From: Lachnospiraceae bacterium
GTDB taxonomy: Bacteria; Bacillota; Clostridia; Lachnospirales; Lachnospiraceae
Length of the DNA: 64,000 nucleotides
Direction of reading: 5' to 3'
Assembly (NCBI GenBank): GCA_017449075.1
Contig: JAFSKG010000044.1
Location: 4,339-68,338, forward strand
Shown here in pieces: positions 9,018-19,430 of the stretch (its first letter is position 1; each line of letters starts with the position of its first letter). The position numbers and the translations under genes were made by a program. Under the pieces are notes generated by a model, which was given only the letters and a program-made list of their open reading frames with translations, was not told the origin of the DNA and did no database searches.

Positions 9018-10607
9018 TTAGTTCCTCGAAAATTCTTGTAACTTTAGATTTTTATTTCGCTCTAGCACCATATTGATACTCCAGTCATGTGCAAATAGCA
9101 AAAGTGGCCTATCTTTCATATCACTAACTATCTTCATATCAGATGTGCCTGAGATTTCACTCAATTTAATCTCTGTATAATTCTCTATCCATCTTATATA
9201 CTCATATGGTAGTATATCAAGTTTCACATCCACATTGTATTCATTCTTTAATCTATAAGTCAAAACTTCAAACTGCAGTTCTCCTACCACGCCGACTATT
9301 ATCTCTTCCATACCACTATTCACATCATGAAAGATTTGTATTGCTCCCTCAAGTGCTATCTGCTCTATACCTTTCACAAATTGCTTTCTCTTCATCGTGT
9401 CAACCTGCTTACATCTTGCAAAATGTTCTGGCGCAAATGTAGGTATGCCCTCATAAAGTAGTTTATCACTTTTTGCTGATATAGTCTCACCTATAGAAAA
9501 TATTCCTGGGTCATAAAGTCCTATTATGTCTCCAGCATAGGCCTCATCAACTATCTTTCTCTCTGATGCAAACATAAGGTCAGCTTGATTAAGCCTTATC
9601 TTTCTTTTTGCTACATTTATATTTACGTCAATACCTTTTTCAAATTTGCCAGAGCATATTCTCATAAATGCAATTCTATCTCTATGCGCCTTATTCATGT
9701 TGGCCTGTATCTTAAACACAAAACCTGTAAAGTCATCTGAGGTAGGCTCAATATCGCCAAGATTACTTGTTCTTTTTAGTGGTGGCAAAGTCATATCAAT
9801 AAAAGCATCAAGAAACTCACCTACTCCAAAATTTGAAAGAGCTGATCCAAAAAACACTGGAGTGAGTTCACCTCTATCTACTTTTTCTTTATCAAATGCA
9901 TCAGTAGCACCATCAAGCAAATCCAAATCTTCTTTCAATTTTGTGATATATTGTTCACCTATTATCTTTTTGATGGTTTCAGTATCATTGATAGAATACT
10001 TACTAGTTTCAAGTTCCTTTGCTCCAGAATCTTTTGCAACATAGGTAGTAACCATCTTATCTCTTCTATCGTATATGCCCTTAAAAGTTTTTCCACAACT
10101 GATTGGATAGTTTATAGGGCAAACTTTTATCCCCAAAACTTTTTCTATCTCATCTAAAAGTTCAAATATATCCTTCGCCTCTCTATCTAGCTTATTAATA
10201 AAAGTAAATATAGGTATATGCCTCATAGTACATACCTTAAAAAGTTTTATAGTCTGCGGTTCTACGCCCTTTGCCGAATCTATAACCATGACTGCCTGAT
10301 CAGCTGCCATAAGTGTCCTATAAGTATCTTCTGAAAAGTCTTGGTGCCCAGGCGTATCAAGTATATTGATGCATTTACCCTTATAGTCAAACTGCATTGC
10401 AGAAGAAGTGACCGATATTCCTCTTTCCTTTTCTATTTCCATCCAGTCAGAAGTTGCCATCCTTTTTGCCTTCCTACCCTTTACAGTTCCAGCAAGATTA
10501 ATGGCACCCCCATAAAGCAAAAACTTTTCTGTGAGTGTGGTCTTACCTGCATCCGGGTGACTTATTATGGCAAAAGTTCTTCTTCTATTTATTTCCTCAT
10601 CAAACAT
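9018..10607 (-). CDS. prfC: Peptide chain release factor 3
   Basis: 529 aa. GTPase motifs are AIISHPDAGKTT, DTPGHQDF and NKLD, with RF3-type C-terminal domains. Confidence 0.92.
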   Translation of the reverse strand: MFDEEINRRRTFAIISHPDAGKTTLTEKFLLYGGAINLAGTVKGRKAKRMATSDWMEIEKERGISVTSSAMQFDYKGKCINILDTPGHQDFSEDTYRTLMAADQAVMVIDSAKGVEPQTIKLFKVCTMRHIPIFTFINKLDREAKDIFELLDEIEKVLGIKVCPINYPISCGKTFKGIYDRRDKMVTTYVAKDSGAKELETSKYSINDTETIKKIIGEQYITKLKEDLDLLDGATDAFDKEKVDRGELTPVFFGSALSNFGVGEFLDAFIDMTLPPLKRTSNLGDIEPTSDDFTGFVFKIQANMNKAHRDRIAFMRICSGKFEKGIDVNINVAKRKIRLNQADLMFASERKIVDEAYAGDIIGLYDPGIFSIGETISAKSDKLLYEGIPTFAPEHFARCKQVDTMKRKQFVKGIEQIALEGAIQIFHDVNSGMEEIIVGVVGELQFEVLTYRLKNEYNVDVKLDILPYEYIRWIENYTEIKLSEISGTSDMKIVSDMKDRPLLLFAHDWSINMVLERNKNLKLQEFSRN

Positions 10608-10624
10608 CTTTTTATTCCTTATCT

Positions 10625-10655
10625 ATAAAATAATAGTCGCCGTAATAGGCGACTA
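10625..10655 (-). terminator. Rho-independent terminator after ftsZ
   Basis: TAGTCGCC (10634-10641) pairs with GGCGACTA (10648-10655). On the minus strand it is followed by TTATTTTAT. Confidence 0.65.
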
Positions 10656-10682
10656 TAAAATTATAACGCTATCGTGCAAAAA

Positions 10683-12005
10683 TTACTTTTTGTTAATATT
10701 GTCTGTTATAAAACTAGGTAACAAGTCCTTTGAATCATTTGCTTTTTTATTAAAACCAATCTTACTGAGATCAACATTTAAACTATCAAGACTAACAGAA
10801 TCACTTGCAGGTCCAACTGTATCTTTAACTTCTTGGCTTTGTTTTTTCTTTGGGCTAAAGAAAAAACTACTTGGTGATTCTTCATGTGGCGCAGTTTGTG
10901 GTCTAATTGGTTCTTGACTATAAGAAGGTACTGTTGGACTTACATATTGAGTATTATAGTTATAGTTCTGCATAGGTCTATATGTTGGATACGAATTTAC
11001 AGTATCTCTAATACCAGTAGCGATCAAAGTTACAGTAACTGCGTCTTTCAAATTTGCATCTTCCCTTGCGCCAAAAATTATATTTGCATCTGTACTTATC
11101 TTTGGTTCCATCTCTCTCATTGCTGCATCTACATCTATAAGAGATACTTCACCACATATACTTACTATAAGGTCTGTTGCGCCTTCTATAGTTGTATCAA
11201 GAAGTGGTGACTCCATTGCCTTCTTAATTGCTTGACTTACTCTATTCTCACCCTGACCTTCTCCTACAGAAATATGTGCAAGACCTTTGCCTCTCATTAC
11301 AGTAGCAACATCTGCAAAATCAAGATTTACAAGTGCAGGTAAGTTTATAAGATCAGTGATTCCTCTTATACTTTGTTTCAATATCTCATCTGCTTTTGCA
11401 AATGCTTCTTTAAATCCATCTTTCACATCTACAATATTCAAAAGTTTATCATTTGCGATGCTGATAAGTGTATCAACATTTGGATATAATTTATTTATTC
11501 CAGCAAGTGCTCTTTGCATACGAACCTTACCTTCAAATCTAAAAGGTTTAGTTACTACAGCAACTGTGAGTATTCCTTCTTCCTTAGCAATGCTTGCAAC
11601 TATAGGAGCAGCTCCAGTTCCTGTACCACCACCCATTCCACAAGTGATGAAAACCATATCTGCTTTTTTCTGTGTCTCTGTCTCACGAAGTATTGCTCTA
11701 ATTGCTTCTTTAGATTCATTTGCAGCACTCTCACCAATTTCAGGTATAGCACCACATCCTCTGCCACCAGTAATTTTTTCTCCAATAGTAACTCTCTTTG
11801 AAGCACGGCAGTGTCTCAAATCTTGTATATCAGTGTTAACTCCAACAAATTCCACACCTTTAACACCATCATCAATCATACGATTAACTGCATTATTTCC
11901 TGCTCCACCAATACCTAAAACTACAATCCTAGCTACTGGATCATAGATATTTTCTTGTATTGGTACTACAGGTCTATTATTAGGGTATGTTTCAAATGTA
12001 TTCAT
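10683..12005 (-). CDS. ftsZ: Cell division protein FtsZ
   Basis: Tubulin signature GGGTGTGAAP and N-terminal motif VLGIGGAGNNAVNRM. A long Q/P/S/Y-rich linker leads to a C-terminal peptide DLLPSFI. Confidence 0.95.
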   Translation of the reverse strand: MNTFETYPNNRPVVPIQENIYDPVARIVVLGIGGAGNNAVNRMIDDGVKGVEFVGVNTDIQDLRHCRASKRVTIGEKITGGRGCGAIPEIGESAANESKEAIRAILRETETQKKADMVFITCGMGGGTGTGAAPIVASIAKEEGILTVAVVTKPFRFEGKVRMQRALAGINKLYPNVDTLISIANDKLLNIVDVKDGFKEAFAKADEILKQSIRGITDLINLPALVNLDFADVATVMRGKGLAHISVGEGQGENRVSQAIKKAMESPLLDTTIEGATDLIVSICGEVSLIDVDAAMREMEPKISTDANIIFGAREDANLKDAVTVTLIATGIRDTVNSYPTYRPMQNYNYNTQYVSPTVPSYSQEPIRPQTAPHEESPSSFFFSPKKKQSQEVKDTVGPASDSVSLDSLNVDLSKIGFNKKANDSKDLLPSFITDNINKK

Positions 12006-12080
12006 TTTAACCTCTCCTAAGCATACTTTATTACATATTTTATATATTTTAATACATATTGCTTAATTATACAAGCATTT

Positions 12081-12791
12081 TTAACTCGCTTTTTTAAATA
12101 TATACTGCTCATCAAGCATATTTTCCCTTGCATTTGAAAGATCTAAAGTGCCTTTTAAGTGCGAAATATTGGGGTATATATCATTCAGGCGCAAAAGCTT
12201 AGTCTCCATATTGTCGGTATTTCCCATATTTACAATTATATTGCCTATGTATATGTAAAATTCTTCCTCTTTTCTTATCTCAAGAAGCTCTGAAACAAGC
12301 CCTTTCTCCTTCAAAAAACTCGTGATGTTTAATATTGCCTTTAAAGTCTTAGAGTTAGCAATTTCAAGTTTAGACCCTTTTTCAAAATTTTTAAAACTCA
12401 CTCCGATAACTTCCACTATATCTGGCTTACGGTCTTCAGTGATCTCATTTATTACACCATTTTTATCAAAATAGACATTTTTCAATTCTCTCTTTACAAA
12501 TGCAATTGGCGGATTCTCATTTACTTTGATAACTATGCTAAAAGGTGTTACCCACTTAACATCATAAGAGTCTACAAGCAATATATCTTTCTTTTTTCCG
12601 AAGTTAGATTTTATATAGAACACTAAACTAATTCTATCTACATCACTATCAAAAAGCGAGGTAACTATTTCTGTGTCACTAACATTATTATTTCCAACTA
12701 TATCAATATTTTTAATTTTTATTCTAATAATAATGTTAAAACAAATAATTACAACAAGTACTGCTATTAAAATTTTGATTGCATTTCTCAT
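12081..12791 (-). CDS. FtsQ/DivIB-like cell division protein (single TM plus POTRA-like region)
   Basis: 236 aa with an N-terminal TM helix (ILIAVLVVIICFNIII). It sits between ftsW and ftsZ. The assignment rests on position and architecture. Confidence 0.55.
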   Translation of the reverse strand: MRNAIKILIAVLVVIICFNIIIRIKIKNIDIVGNNNVSDTEIVTSLFDSDVDRISLVFYIKSNFGKKKDILLVDSYDVKWVTPFSIVIKVNENPPIAFVKRELKNVYFDKNGVINEITEDRKPDIVEVIGVSFKNFEKGSKLEIANSKTLKAILNITSFLKEKGLVSELLEIRKEEEFYIYIGNIIVNMGNTDNMETKLLRLNDIYPNISHLKGTLDLSNARENMLDEQYIFKKAS

Positions 12792-13912
12792 TCGCTCTCT
12801 ATCTTTTCAAATCTTACAACAGACATCACTATACCAATTTCTATAAATAACACAATTAATGATGATCCGCCATAACTGACAAAAGGAAGTGTAACTCCTG
12901 TATTTGGAATAAGATTAGTTACAACTCCAATATTAAGTATTACCTGTGTGGCTATATGAACTCCTATCCCGAATGTCAAAAGCAATGAGTTGAGATTTTT
13001 TTGTCTGAAACTGATTGTAAATATTCTATAAATCAAAATTATATAGAGTATAAAAAACAATCCCGCTCCGACTATCCCAAGCTCTTCACACAGAATAGTA
13101 AATATCATATCATTTTGTGCTTCTGGTATAATTGCTTTTTGTATAGAACTTAGATATCCTCTTCCACTTATTCTACCAGAACCTATGGCATATAGTCCTT
13201 GCATAGTCTGGTAAGCAATATCAGGATAATTATCAGGATCTTTCCATGCAAATATTCTTCCCACTTGATAAGTTTTCAAAAGCCCAGCAGTTTGTAAAAC
13301 CTTAGACATAGGATATGCAAAAATATAAAATAGAACTACAAGAGTTATAATAAATATAAATATCAATTTCTTTTTAGATACTGCAAAAATCATCGTAGTT
13401 GCAATTATGAATAGTATTATTCCAGTTGATAAATTGCTAAGTGCAATTACAAATGTTGGTACATAGGCAACCATTATCACCCTCAAAAAATTATCTTTCC
13501 TATCAAAGTCACCTTTTATCTCTGTCAATACTTTTGCTAGATATACAATCATCGCGAGCTTCATAAGTTCTGATGGCTGAAATATGATTCCTCTAAGCAT
13601 GATCCATCTACTTGAACCTCTGCTTATTCTTCCAGCAAAAGCAGTCATCACAACAAGCATGAGGCATCCCAAAAATACATATTTTGAAAAACTACTATAC
13701 AATTTATATGGAATAAAAGAAAAAAGTAAAGCTAACATTAGCCCTACTCCACAAAATATTGCCTGCCTAATAAATAGATAGTATGAATTATCATAAATTC
13801 TACTTGCTGAAACCGATGACGCAGAATAAAGCACAATTAGCCCAAATACTACTAAAAATATCACACAAGTAAATATAGTATATTCAAATTTTTTTGTTCT
13901 TACTTCTGTCAT
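12788..13912 (-). CDS. ftsW: FtsW/RodA/SpoVE-family peptidoglycan glycosyltransferase
   Basis: 374 aa polytopic membrane protein with SEDS motifs (PSELMKL, LPFVSYGGSS). It lies in the dcw cluster and overlaps both neighbours by 4 nt. Confidence 0.85.
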   Translation of the reverse strand: MTEVRTKKFEYTIFTCVIFLVVFGLIVLYSASSVSASRIYDNSYYLFIRQAIFCGVGLMLALLFSFIPYKLYSSFSKYVFLGCLMLVVMTAFAGRISRGSSRWIMLRGIIFQPSELMKLAMIVYLAKVLTEIKGDFDRKDNFLRVIMVAYVPTFVIALSNLSTGIILFIIATTMIFAVSKKKLIFIFIITLVVLFYIFAYPMSKVLQTAGLLKTYQVGRIFAWKDPDNYPDIAYQTMQGLYAIGSGRISGRGYLSSIQKAIIPEAQNDMIFTILCEELGIVGAGLFFILYIILIYRIFTISFRQKNLNSLLLTFGIGVHIATQVILNIGVVTNLIPNTGVTLPFVSYGGSSLIVLFIEIGIVMSVVRFEKIESE

Positions 13913-15270
13913 TTTATACTCATTACTTTTTCTTTGAACTTTTCTCCCCTATCCTCATAACTCTTAAACATATCAAATGATGAGCAAGCTGGAGATAGCA
14001 GTACATTATCTCCCACGTTCGAATAACTATTTGCTATGTCCACCGCTTCATCTAGAGTATCCGCAAATATCAAACTATTGTAATTCAAACTTCTTGCCTT
14101 AACTGCAATTTTTTTCTTTGCCTCACCTATAAGTATCATATATCTGACTTTTTCTTTAACCTTCATTATGAAATCGCCATAATCGATACCCTTATCTCTG
14201 CCACCAGCAATAAGTAATATCTTTCCCTTCATGGCATCTATAGCCTTTATAGCTGCATCAGGATTTGTTGCTTTTGAATCATTAAAGTATTTCACACCAT
14301 TCTTTTCTCTTACAAATTCTATACGGTGTTCAAGTCCCGAAAACTCTTTACAAGCATCAACTATATCGACAAATGATACTCCCATATAGTAACCGATTGC
14401 CATTGACGCCATAACATTTTCGTAATTATGATTCCCAAATAATTTTAATTCGTCTACATTAACAAGTTTTATAGTCTTTGTTTTATCTTTATAAAATATA
14501 GCATCATCATATAAATAAAAACCTTCAGTGAGTGTTCTCTTACTACTGAAGAAAATTACTTTACACTTAAATAGATTTTTTTGAAGAGCAAGATCTCTAA
14601 GTATCTGGTCTTCGTAATTTATCACAAGCACATCTTTATCATCCATATTAATTGCTATATTGAGTTTAGCATTGATGTAGTCCGTATAGTTGTCATATCT
14701 ATCTAAATGATCAGGGCTAAAATTCAAAATAGCGGCCACCTTAGGCTTAAATTTCACTATATCTTCCAACTGAAATGAACTACACTCTATAACATATTCC
14801 ATTTCTTTATCTTCATTTGCAAAAACTTTTTCACAATAAGGTATACCAACATTTCCTACCACATTTACACTTTCACCATACTTTTTTCTCATAATACAAC
14901 CTGTCAATTCAGTAGTGGTTGTTTTTCCATTAGAACCTGTTATTGCGCAGACCTCCCCCTTTCCATACAAATAGCCCAACTCTAACTCTGAAATTATAGG
15001 AATCTTTTTCTTTAACACCTTTAAATATACTGAATTTGTCTTAGGAAATCCCGGACTTATGACGCAAAGATTTACATCATGTATATCTTCATCACTTACT
15101 TTTTCCAACAAAATTTTAATTTTTACTTTTCCATAGATACTCTTCTTGATTTTGTCAACACTAATCTTAGGGTTGTTATCAAATAACAACACTTCAATAT
15201 CATTTTTAATTAGTAGTTTAGAAGCTGCGATTCCGCTAATTCCAGCTCCAAGCACAATAGCCTTAGCCAT
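13909..15270 (-). CDS. murD: UDP-N-acetylmuramoylalanine--D-glutamate ligase
   Basis: Motifs LGAGISGIAA and GSNGKTTTT, with Mur ligase architecture in dcw context. Confidence 0.9.
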   Translation of the reverse strand: MAKAIVLGAGISGIAASKLLIKNDIEVLLFDNNPKISVDKIKKSIYGKVKIKILLEKVSDEDIHDVNLCVISPGFPKTNSVYLKVLKKKIPIISELELGYLYGKGEVCAITGSNGKTTTTELTGCIMRKKYGESVNVVGNVGIPYCEKVFANEDKEMEYVIECSSFQLEDIVKFKPKVAAILNFSPDHLDRYDNYTDYINAKLNIAINMDDKDVLVINYEDQILRDLALQKNLFKCKVIFFSSKRTLTEGFYLYDDAIFYKDKTKTIKLVNVDELKLFGNHNYENVMASMAIGYYMGVSFVDIVDACKEFSGLEHRIEFVREKNGVKYFNDSKATNPDAAIKAIDAMKGKILLIAGGRDKGIDYGDFIMKVKEKVRYMILIGEAKKKIAVKARSLNYNSLIFADTLDEAVDIANSYSNVGDNVLLSPACSSFDMFKSYEDRGEKFKEKVMSIK

Positions 15271-15274
15271 CCTA

Positions 15275-16225
15275 TCACCTTACAATATAATATGTTATTA
15301 TACAGCCTACTAAAGTAACCGTTGTAAACATTAGCACAACTTGATTTTCACTAAACCCACACTTTTCAAAATGATGATGAATTGGAGCCATTCTGAAAAA
15401 TCTCTTTCCGCCTGTCGCCTTAAAGTATAAAACTTGAATTATAACTGATAGCACTTCACACATGTATACAAATCCGAATATTGGCAAGTAGTACTGCATG
15501 TTAAGTGCTATAGCCATAAATGCCACATACGCACCAAGGAATAGTGATCCAGTATCTCCCATAAATATTTTTGCCGGATAATGATTAAAGATTATAAATG
15601 CAAGAAGTATCGCAAGTATCAATAGGTTGATGTAGAGTAACTCATTGTTACCTCTCTCAAATGAAACTACGCAGAATAACAATGACACAACTATGGTAAC
15701 CATAGTGCACAATCCATCAAGCCCATCTGTAAAATTCACACCATTATTTGTTCCTACTATGATAAATATCAAAAACAGGAAAGCAAAAATATTTGACATC
15801 GTATTATAGTTGAAACAAATAATGAGTCCAAATCCAGCAAATAAAATTTGTAGTATTAATTTAAATATACCAGGAAGCCCCTTTGTATTCTTCTTTGACA
15901 CTTTTAGATAATCATCGATAAGTCCAATAAATCCAAATATTATAATGAATATATTTATCTTAAGCGCCAAAGTTCCATTCACATAATCTTTTAATATCAA
16001 TAAAAATAACTCAACTATTAAAAAAATAATTATAAACACCACCCCAGCCATCGTTGGAGTACCAGATTTTTTAAGATGTGTTTCCGGGCCATCATCTCTC
16101 ACAACCTGTCTGAATTGTAAAACGCCAAGTTCAACCCATGCTGCATAAAAAAGAATTACTGATACTAAAAATACCAGAAAAAATAAGAAAACCGGATTAA
16201 ATAAAATGTTATAAAGACTATGCAT
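15275..16225 (-). CDS. mraY: Phospho-N-acetylmuramoyl-pentapeptide transferase
   Basis: Motifs KKSGTPTMAG, NGVNFTDGLDGL and MGDTGSL, plus APIHHHFE. Confidence 0.92.
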   Translation of the reverse strand: MHSLYNILFNPVFLFFLVFLVSVILFYAAWVELGVLQFRQVVRDDGPETHLKKSGTPTMAGVVFIIIFLIVELFLLILKDYVNGTLALKINIFIIIFGFIGLIDDYLKVSKKNTKGLPGIFKLILQILFAGFGLIICFNYNTMSNIFAFLFLIFIIVGTNNGVNFTDGLDGLCTMVTIVVSLLFCVVSFERGNNELLYINLLILAILLAFIIFNHYPAKIFMGDTGSLFLGAYVAFMAIALNMQYYLPIFGFVYMCEVLSVIIQVLYFKATGGKRFFRMAPIHHHFEKCGFSENQVVLMFTTVTLVGCIITYYIVR

Positions 16226-18086
16226 TTCCCTCTAATACTTCTTTCATAATATCGTGAAATATCGTTGTGGCGAATGTCGCACTCGCCTGTTCTTCTCCTT
16301 CGAGATTTGGTTGATCAACTACTACATAGCACACAAGGCTTGGATTATCTTTATCATCAAAACCTATAAATGACACAAGATAATTTTTATCCTCTCTTGG
16401 AAGTTTTTCTGCAGTTCCAGTCTTGCCACCGATATTTCTATTTCTTATTTGTGCAAACTTTCCAGTTCCAGTCTCTACAGTTTCAAAAAGTGATTCTCTT
16501 AAATATTTTGAAGTACTTTCTGAAATTGTCTTTCTAAGAACCGGTTTAACAATTTGCTTTATATAAGTGCCACTTGCATTTTCAATTCTCTTTACAAGAT
16601 GTGGTTCATAGTACTTTCCACCATTAATTGCTGATGAAAATGCTGCTGCAAGTTGAACCATAGTACAGTTAAAGTTTTGACCAAATGAGTTTGTAGCCAA
16701 GTCAGTTCTTCCCATATTTTTTTCATTATAGACGTACTTACTTGTATCAGCCTCGTTTGGCAAATCTATATTTGTATACTCTCCAAAGCCAAATGTCTTT
16801 TGATACTTTACAAAAGAATTTGTTCCAAGCATTTCTCCAAGTTCTGCCATGCTCATGTTACAAGATTTGGTAAGAGTTTCCATAAGTGAAAGTTTTCCGT
16901 GCCCATTTCTATTATTACATCTTATTCTCCACTTGTGCTCACCATCATCAAGCTCTATATATCCTTTACAGTCAAATGTCGCATCAGCACCCACTAAATT
17001 TTCATCTATTGCTGCAGAAAAGGTAACTATCTTGGCAGTAGATCCAGGCTCATACATATCCTGAACACATAAATTCTTCCATCTACTAAACCAAATATTT
17101 TCTTTTCCAACTTCTTTCACATATTCTTCATCAAGACCTGTCAAGTCTCTTGGTTCATTTAAGTTAAAGCTATTTGTAGATGCCATCGCATATATCTCAC
17201 CGTTATTTGGATTCATTATGATAGCACTAGCTGATTTAGATCCTATCTCACCTGTAGACCATGCAAGTAATTTTTCTTCACAAATCTTTTGCATTCTTGA
17301 ATTTAATGTAGTTACAATATTGTAACCATCTATAGCTGGCTTTTGTACACTTTCAAGTTCAAAACCATCTCCAAGATAACCATATTTTCTTCCATTTAAT
17401 CCCGAAAGTTCAGTATCATAATATTCTTCTAGTCCCATCACGCTTTCACCTGCATTGTTCACAAAGCCTATCACGTTTGAAGCCAGACTGTCATTTGGAT
17501 AAAACCTTTTATACTCTTCTTCAAACCATATGCCGCTTACTCTATCATTTACTCCGAGATTTTTATATTCTTCATTCTTCTTTTCTTTATAGCTTTCAAA
17601 CTTGTCTTTTTCTTCTTTAGAAAGCTGTCTAGCATATCTCACATATGCTTTATCTTTTTTTGACTCAATTACATCTCTCAATTCCCATCTATTATACTCA
17701 TATACATCAGACAACGCATCAATAGTTGCATTTACATATCTATTATCTTTATAAGAAAGTATTACTTTTGGATCTATTATCAAGTTATAAACTTTAACTG
17801 ATGTGGCAAGCAGATTTCCATCGCTATCAAGTATATCTCCTCTCCTACTTGGTATAACCTCTGAAGTATAGCTAGTCTGTCTTTGGCTTAGCACTATCCT
17901 ATTATAGTAATCACCTTCTACTACCATCAGATAGTAAATTCTTAATGCTAACAATACAAAAATTATTGCTATGAGAACTCCCACAAGCAATAATCTCCTC
18001 TTTATATAACTCTCACTAGCATTTTCTTTTTTATCCTTAGCGAATATTTTCATACTGACGAACAAATCCGTTATCACTTTTATCAA
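16218..18086 (-). CDS. Class B penicillin-binding protein (FtsI/PBP2B/SpoVD-like transpeptidase)
   Basis: SxxK (STAK), SxN (SCN) and KTG (KTGT) motifs, with an N-terminal TM helix. The start is ambiguous: TTG at 18086 or ATG at 18053 (MKIFAKDKK). Confidence 0.85.
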   Translation of the reverse strand: MIKVITDLFVSMKIFAKDKKENASESYIKRRLLLVGVLIAIIFVLLALRIYYLMVVEGDYYNRIVLSQRQTSYTSEVIPSRRGDILDSDGNLLATSVKVYNLIIDPKVILSYKDNRYVNATIDALSDVYEYNRWELRDVIESKKDKAYVRYARQLSKEEKDKFESYKEKKNEEYKNLGVNDRVSGIWFEEEYKRFYPNDSLASNVIGFVNNAGESVMGLEEYYDTELSGLNGRKYGYLGDGFELESVQKPAIDGYNIVTTLNSRMQKICEEKLLAWSTGEIGSKSASAIIMNPNNGEIYAMASTNSFNLNEPRDLTGLDEEYVKEVGKENIWFSRWKNLCVQDMYEPGSTAKIVTFSAAIDENLVGADATFDCKGYIELDDGEHKWRIRCNNRNGHGKLSLMETLTKSCNMSMAELGEMLGTNSFVKYQKTFGFGEYTNIDLPNEADTSKYVYNEKNMGRTDLATNSFGQNFNCTMVQLAAAFSSAINGGKYYEPHLVKRIENASGTYIKQIVKPVLRKTISESTSKYLRESLFETVETGTGKFAQIRNRNIGGKTGTAEKLPREDKNYLVSFIGFDDKDNPSLVCYVVVDQPNLEGEEQASATFATTIFHDIMKEVLEGNA

Positions 18087-18483
18087 AATGTATTATGTTC
18101 TTTTCAGTAGGAGTAATCATATTGAGTTCAAGATATGCAATCATCTTTATATCATCAAACCTCATTTCATTCTTTAACGATATAACTGCATTTTTATTGT
18201 CATATACTTTTTTTTCTAATAGCTTTTCTAACTTTTTTATATTAGATTCTTTATTTTTTATAGCTAAACTTCTATATGCGACAAGCCCTGTAATAGACAA
18301 AAATACTATAGATAGTACTATAGTTATGACAGCAAGTAATTTATCAACAATTCTGAGTTTTCTTCTTCTACTAATTCGTTTCTCTCTTATGCTCACTCTA
18401 TTGTAGATGCTGTCTTCAAATTTTTGCATATCAAAGTATGGTCTGAATGCCGTTCTTCCATACAATACTTCGCTTGTCATCAT
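18037..18483 (-). CDS. ftsL: FtsL-like septation protein (single TM, coiled-coil)
   Basis: 148 aa with TM helix LLAVITIVLSIVFLSITGLVAY. It sits between rsmH and the PBP gene. The start overlaps the rsmH stop by 4 nt. Confidence 0.5.
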   Translation of the reverse strand: MMTSEVLYGRTAFRPYFDMQKFEDSIYNRVSIREKRISRRRKLRIVDKLLAVITIVLSIVFLSITGLVAYRSLAIKNKESNIKKLEKLLEKKVYDNKNAVISLKNEMRFDDIKMIAYLELNMITPTEKNIIHFDKSDNGFVRQYENIR

Positions 18484-19430
18484 TCTCCTTTCTCAAAAAT
18501 CCGAAGTTTAGCCGGTTTTGATCTTCTATTATTTGCCAACTCTACATCGTTAGCCACTATCACTTTTCTATTTACTACTCTTCCTAGACTCTTCTTCCCA
18601 CACACACAAGGGTATCCCTTTGGACATGTGCAAGGATTTTCAAAAGTTTTAAACTTTTCCTTTACGAGCCTATCTTCTAAAGAGTGAAATGTTATGACAC
18701 ACACTCTGCCACCAGGCTTCACCCTATCTATAACTTTATCAAGCGCGGTATCTATGACATCCAATTCTCTATTAATATAAATTCTAAATGCTTGAAAAGT
18801 TCGTTTAGCTGGATTCTTTTCTTTGCCATCTCCCCATCTAAGTTTTGCAGGAATTGCAGATTTTATAATCTCCACTAACTCGGTAGTTGTCTCGATTGGT
18901 CTCTCTTCTCTTGCGCGCACTATATGCTTCGCAATATTTTTTGCAAAACTGTCTTCTCCATAATCTTCTATGATGTGATAAATATCATTTTCAGAAAATG
19001 TATTGACTAAAGTTTTGCAGCTAAGCGGATTATCACTGTCCATTCTCATATCTAGTTTTGCTTCCTTACGATACGAGAAACCCCTATCCCCTTCATCAAA
19101 TTGAAAACTTGAAACTCCTAAGTCAAAAAGTATTCCATCAATCTTATCGGTATTTAAATCATCAAGTACGTCTGTTACATTTTCAAAATTATTTTTTACT
19201 ATGAATAATTTTTTATTATCAATATACTTTTTTAGTCTTTCTGTTGATGCTTTTATGGCGTCTTTGTCTTGATCTATACCTATGAGATATCCTTTGCCCT
19301 TCGAAAGTTTCTCTAAGATTTTTTCACTATGACCGCCACCACCTATTGTCGCATCAACATAGATGCCATCTTTATTAATATTTAATCCATCTATTACTTC
19401 GTTCAACAAAACTGGAATATGATTAAACAT
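18480..19430 (-). CDS. rsmH: 16S rRNA (cytosine1402-N4)-methyltransferase
   Basis: Motifs HIPVLLNEV, DATIGGGGHS, FDLGVSS and ITFHSLEDR. Confidence 0.93.
   Translation of the reverse strand: MFNHIPVLLNEVIDGLNINKDGIYVDATIGGGGHSEKILEKLSKGKGYLIGIDQDKDAIKASTERLKKYIDNKKLFIVKNNFENVTDVLDDLNTDKIDGILFDLGVSSFQFDEGDRGFSYRKEAKLDMRMDSDNPLSCKTLVNTFSENDIYHIIEDYGEDSFAKNIAKHIVRAREERPIETTTELVEIIKSAIPAKLRWGDGKEKNPAKRTFQAFRIYINRELDVIDTALDKVIDRVKPGGRVCVITFHSLEDRLVKEKFKTFENPCTCPKGYPCVCGKKSLGRVVNRKVIVANDVELANNRRSKPAKLRIFEKGE

Noticed and set aside
9018-10607. A programmed frameshift in the release factor gene.
   Set aside because: That feature belongs to prfB. This is prfC, with a single intact ORF.
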